From contig JAXGPF010000003.1 in the NCBI GenBank assembly GCA_040767085.1, forward strand, positions 384,001-448,000: a DNA stretch of 64,000 bases, read 5' to 3'. This DNA comes from Kiritimatiellia bacterium. Its GTDB lineage: Bacteria > Verrucomicrobiota > Kiritimatiellia > JAAZAB01. How positions within the stretch are numbered: position 1 is the first letter of the stretch; each line of letters opens with the position of its first letter. Of this stretch, positions 60,088 to 64,000 are shown one piece after another. Under the pieces are notes generated by a model. The model was given only the letters and a program-made list of their open reading frames with translations. It was not told where the DNA came from and made no database searches. The translations under genes were made by a program, and so were the position numbers.

Positions 60088-60999
60088 CTATAAAAGACGC
60101 TTCGAACGCATAAAATCCGCCAGCTTTTCCATTTCCGCGCCGTCTAAACTGTAATAGGGTTTCGGCCGCCAACGACCTGCAAGTCCATACAACTCGAGAA
60201 TACCATGCATGGCGGCGTCGAAACCGCCGCTGAAGCCGGCGATAAAATCCAGCCAGGGCCATTCTATATCGCGGACGACATGGCTTGCGGTTTGGAAGTC
60301 ATTGGCGATATATGCGTTCCAGTATTGCCGGGCCACCTCCGGCTTGAATGTGATCAACGTGGACAAGTATCCGATCCGGCCATACGGCGTCATATTCAGA
60401 TGATTCTCCTTCAAACCGCCTGCCCATACGGCGCAACGTTCGGCGGCCAGGGCCGCGAGTTTGTGCGCGAAACCGCCGCACATGTCGTCCTTGATTGCCA
60501 CGATATTGTCGGAAAGTTCAAGAGCCCGACGCACAACGTTCAGTCCGAACGCGGCGCCGCGCGGCAGGAAAACGTTTGTCACCATCATAACGGGTATGTG
60601 TTGCGCAACCTCGACGTAATGGCGGGCCATGGTTTCGACCGTGCAAGACAGCGCCCAGTCCGGCGGCAATACCATCAGGATGTCCGCGCCGGCTTCAGCC
60701 GAATACCTGGCAAATGCCACGGATTGCTTTGTGTCGAAATGACGGTCCGCAGCCACCATAAGCCCTCGGCCTTTCACTTGCCGCGCGGTTGCCTTGGTCA
60801 ACTCGGCTATCTCGCGGTCGCTTAAGGCAATGAGGTGGCTGTCGCCGGCCGTCAACACAATCGCCTTTGCGCCGGCCTGCAGGTCGAATTCGATCATTTT
60901 CGACAACGCCTTGTAGTCTATTTCTCCGGTCTTATTGAAAGGCGTTCGGATCGTCGGGACCGGACTATAGAGAGCTTCGCGCATTTCCTGTTTGGTCAT
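60088..60999 (-). CDS. DapA/NanA family class I aldolase or lyase
   Basis: TPF..GEIDY, GADILMVLPP, NIVAIKDD (Schiff-base Lys). Confidence 0.88.
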   Translation of the reverse strand: MTKQEMREALYSPVPTIRTPFNKTGEIDYKALSKMIEFDLQAGAKAIVLTAGDSHLIALSDREIAELTKATARQVKGRGLMVAADRHFDTKQSVAFARYSAEAGADILMVLPPDWALSCTVETMARHYVEVAQHIPVMMVTNVFLPRGAAFGLNVVRRALELSDNIVAIKDDMCGGFAHKLAALAAERCAVWAGGLKENHLNMTPYGRIGYLSTLITFKPEVARQYWNAYIANDFQTASHVVRDIEWPWLDFIAGFSGGFDAAMHGILELYGLAGRWRPKPYYSLDGAEMEKLADFMRSKRLL

Positions 61000-61023
61000 G
61001 GGCTCGTTATTTTAATCCTTTTT

Positions 61024-62106
61024 TCATTGCTCGGGCCTCCACCGGGCCACGCCCATATGGTAACGATTATGCCAGGGTAGTCCCTGCGCGCCCGGAATCG
61101 GCCCGTTGCCGCATTTTGGTCCGAAATAATAGGCCGTCACAATTGTGCCATCCGCCAGCTGCACACTCGAGGGATAACCGCAATCGGTCTTGCGCCAGTC
61201 AGTTGCCGGGATGGTAATCAGCGGTTGTGTGACCGACCAGGTCTTGCCGCCATCACTACTCATCCGCAGCACCACGCCAAACAAGCCTGGAATACGACTG
61301 GTAAAGGCATAAAGTATCCGGCCATCCTGCAGTTCCAGTAAATGCGCATTCTCCTGGCCCTGGGGCGACACCAAGCGCCCCTGATCCCAGGTCCGGCCTT
61401 CATCCTGCGACAAAAAAAGGCGCTCGCCCGCGCCATGCGGCAGGATCCGGTCCATGGATTCCTGGACGGCGGTCCGGCCGGATGCCATCCAGACGCCGTC
61501 CTTGCGGCGCATTAAAAAGGTCTCGCTTGCATTATCCGTCAAATGCGAACGTTTTTGCCACGTTGCGCCATGATTGCTGCTTTCGTAAAGGCTAACGCTG
61601 CGAAGCGGCTGCGGACCTTCTGTTTTGCTATACAGGGCACAGACCCATTTACCCTCCGTCAGCGCCAGGATGCGGCCATACGGGACTTGTTCGCCAAGCG
61701 CAGGCAAAAGATGCCTCTGCCAGGTCTTCCCGTTATCCGGCGATCGGCAGCACTGGGTAGGCAGAAAGGGGCGTTTTTGACCCGCATGATAGCCGCTGAC
61801 CAGCGCCATTAATTCGCCATTCGGGGAGAGCCCCACGGCATGATTCATGCGAATAGCGTCCGGCTCTTCCGTATGCGTCGTAACCGTGCTGCGATATTGC
61901 CACAATCGGCCGCCGTCCTTGCTGGCCCACATTTCCAGGTCGCTGTTGGAACCATATCCATGACTGGGATGATTATAGATAAACGCTGCAATTTCACCGT
62001 TGGGGAGCAGGATCAGATTCGGCCAGAGCCCTTTATTGTCAATGGCCACATAAAACTCAGCTCCGTCCAGCAGATAACAGCCTTGCATAATGCTCCTTAC
62101 GGCCAT
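61024..62106 (-). CDS. BNR/Asp-box sialidase-fold protein, no signal peptide
   Basis: Five Asp boxes (SKDGGRLW, SPDNGKTW, SSNHGATW, SQDEGRTW, SSDGGKTW); DCGYPSSVQLADGTIVTAYY. Confidence 0.82.
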   Translation of the reverse strand: MAVRSIMQGCYLLDGAEFYVAIDNKGLWPNLILLPNGEIAAFIYNHPSHGYGSNSDLEMWASKDGGRLWQYRSTVTTHTEEPDAIRMNHAVGLSPNGELMALVSGYHAGQKRPFLPTQCCRSPDNGKTWQRHLLPALGEQVPYGRILALTEGKWVCALYSKTEGPQPLRSVSLYESSNHGATWQKRSHLTDNASETFLMRRKDGVWMASGRTAVQESMDRILPHGAGERLFLSQDEGRTWDQGRLVSPQGQENAHLLELQDGRILYAFTSRIPGLFGVVLRMSSDGGKTWSVTQPLITIPATDWRKTDCGYPSSVQLADGTIVTAYYFGPKCGNGPIPGAQGLPWHNRYHMGVARWRPEQ

Positions 62107-64000
62107 ACTTCTCCACCCAGCCCTACAGCCTGAAATTCGTTTGTTTCATAGACGCGGCGCCAGCCGATCGCGCCCGCGCAAACACTGGCGGCGGGATTCT
62201 TCAGGATAGCCGACTTGACCCGGCTATCCAATTCCATGGGCGCTTCCAGGATGATCCGGCTGCCGGCCGGCACAGGCGGCAGGATCAGGCGCGTTTCCTC
62301 GAACAAAAAACGCGGGGTGCCGGCCGCCACCCGCTGCTGCTCCACCCGCGCCAGCACCGACGTGGCGGCGCCGCCGGACTGGACGGCGTAAACCGTCACC
62401 GTATGCACCCAGGGCGCGAAGCCATTGGTGATGGAAAAGACCGCGTGATAGGCGCCGCCAGCGGCTGCGACCCGGTCGGTGATGTCGAACCGGAAGACGG
62501 GATTGTTGGTCATAAAGTCATCCAGCGTCCATCCGCCCAGGGGTTGGCTGCGGGACGCCGGCCGCGAATCTGCCAATCCAAGTTCGGCCGCCCGGCGCCA
62601 GGCGGCGTCGCAGGTCCGCAGCAGCACCGGAATGGTTTTGGTCAGGCGTTCGTGCCATTCCGCCGGCGGCGCGTGCAGGGCGCCCCACTCCGCCAGGCTG
62701 TGCCGCACGCGCTGGGCGCAGGCATCCAGCCGGTTCAATTCCCGCGCCAAAACTCCTTGCGCATCGGCGCTGAGCGTGGCGGAGTCCAGCAAATCGGCCA
62801 TGTTCCACAGGCTGTCAAACGCCTCCAGTTGCGCGCGGGTGAACATGGATTCGCTGACCATCAAAGGCGCCCGGGCCTGCTCCGCCAGCGCTTCGGCGCG
62901 GCGCGCCCGGTCAAGCATCTCGCCGCGCAGCGTAGCATCGGCCAGGCGCGCGGCGCCGAAAGGCTTGTCGCGGAAGCCCCGCCCCATATGCGCGGGCGTA
63001 GTGCGCATCCGGGCGATGAAATCGCTTTCCGCCAGTTCCATGCCCGTTTCGCCCGCCAGCACCGCCCACCCGGCAAACATGGCCGGATCGCAAATGCCCG
63101 TCACCGTGGCGTACGCGCGCGCAAATTCCGCCGGCGACCGGCCATGGGCGTTCCAGGACCATTCCGCCAGGGCGGCGACATTAAAAGCGTGCCATCGCTC
63201 GTTGGGCACGACAAACGCGCTCACGGAAGACAGTTTTTTATCAACAAACTCCCGGCACCGCATCTGGAGGAACTGCGGCGCCGTCCACGGCACAATGATG
63301 CGCATGTTGCTGGTGATCTGCGGGACGACGCTGAGGAAGCGCCCGGCCCGGGCGGCCTGTTCCAGCAAAGGATAAATCAGCGGCTCGTAACTCGTGCGGT
63401 AAGTCAGGGTGCCGTTGTAATACCAGAGGCCGATTTCCGGCGGCAGCAGGTCCAGCACCAGCTTGTTCTGGTCGGCGTCGCGGTAACTGCCCTGCGACGT
63501 TCCAACGATCAATTTCACGTCGGAATATTTTTTCTGGACTTCCCGGAATGACGCCAGGATGGCCTGGGTCTCCAGCACGTATTGGTTATGCCCCCGGCAT
63601 TGCTCGCAATGGCAGGCCATTGGTTCTTCCGACAGCCAGACTTCAAGTTCCCGGTGGTGATCCTTGACCAGTTCCGCCATGGCCAGCATCCAGCCGGTCA
63701 GTAATTCCCGCGTCGCCGGACTGGACATGCAGAGGCCGTAAACGCCCCGGAAATTCAGGTAAGGATTCAAAGTCTGTCCCGGGTCCAGGGTCCGGACAAC
63801 CGTCTGCAAATGAGGGAAATTCGTGTTGCCCTGGAATTTCCACAATTGCCGGGCCAGCACGGCCAGATGGTACAAATAGGGCGTTTCCTTGACGCCCTCG
63901 GCGGCCGCCGCCAGGATGGCGTTGGAAACCGCGGCGCTGTCGCTGAAATACGGCGCGCCTTGCTCGTCCAGCGCGGGCATTAATTGACTTTCATGCGAAT
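62097..64000 (-). CDS. Third paralogue of the GH20-like family, 5' end outside the window
   Basis: WLSEE..CHCEQC, SQGSY, YYNGTLTY, PWTAPQF, AEWSWNAHGR, G.IGWR shared with 49486-51996. Confidence 0.75.
   Translation of the reverse strand, partial: SHESQLMPALDEQGAPYFSDSAAVSNAILAAAAEGVKETPYLYHLAVLARQLWKFQGNTNFPHLQTVVRTLDPGQTLNPYLNFRGVYGLCMSSPATRELLTGWMLAMAELVKDHHRELEVWLSEEPMACHCEQCRGHNQYVLETQAILASFREVQKKYSDVKLIVGTSQGSYRDADQNKLVLDLLPPEIGLWYYNGTLTYRTSYEPLIYPLLEQAARAGRFLSVVPQITSNMRIIVPWTAPQFLQMRCREFVDKKLSSVSAFVVPNERWHAFNVAALAEWSWNAHGRSPAEFARAYATVTGICDPAMFAGWAVLAGETGMELAESDFIARMRTTPAHMGRGFRDKPFGAARLADATLRGEMLDRARRAEALAEQARAPLMVSESMFTRAQLEAFDSLWNMADLLDSATLSADAQGVLARELNRLDACAQRVRHSLAEWGALHAPPAEWHERLTKTIPVLLRTCDAAWRRAAELGLADSRPASRSQPLGGWTLDDFMTNNPVFRFDITDRVAAAGGAYHAVFSITNGFAPWVHTVTVYAVQSGGAATSVLARVEQQRVAAGTPRFLFEETRLILPPVPAGSRIILEAPMELDSRVKSAILKNPAASVCAGAIGWRRVYETNEFQAVGLGGEVWP

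Overview
GC-rich bacterial DNA, mostly minus-strand genes. Gene content (many large secreted glycan-active proteins, a sulfatase, BNR/sialidase-like proteins, beta-helix proteins, IorAB) suggests an anaerobic polysaccharide degrader, probably in the PVC superphylum (Kiritimatiellota/Lentisphaerota-like); that placement is inference only. 1-8.5 kb is rearranged: helicase/restriction remnant, Fic gene, truncated N-acyltransferase ending at an orphan IS end, PIG-L deacetylase, an internal IS66 fragment, and a complete ISL3 (8-bp target duplication) inserted in the start codon of a beta-helix gene. 8.5-31.5 kb is a glycan/amino-sugar utilisation region (esterase, beta-helix proteins, PLP decarboxylase, GH2, creatininase-family, N-acyltransferase, GH20, ROK regulator, sulfatase). 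31.5-48 kb holds katG-ybaN-beta-barrel, DUF4838, M55 peptidase, AMMECR1, a frameshifted GH4 alpha-galactosidase, rhomboid, iorAB, MBL hydrolase and a GH95-like enzyme. 48-64 kb is a second glycan locus with three paralogues of an uncharacterised GH20-like family, an SGNH esterase, two BNR proteins and an atypical DapA-family aldolase. Best leads: a shared C-terminal G-T-x-F-x-hydrophobic-[KRQ] tail on three secreted beta-helix proteins (candidate sorting signal); two such paralogues with near-identical ends and a divergent core; a GH20-like family with W-x-[ST]-E instead of D-E; and miniature elements with shared terminal inverted repeats but different cargo, plus nested REP-like hairpins. No rRNA, tRNA or CRISPR array was recognised. 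All family calls come from motif recognition, not database searches.
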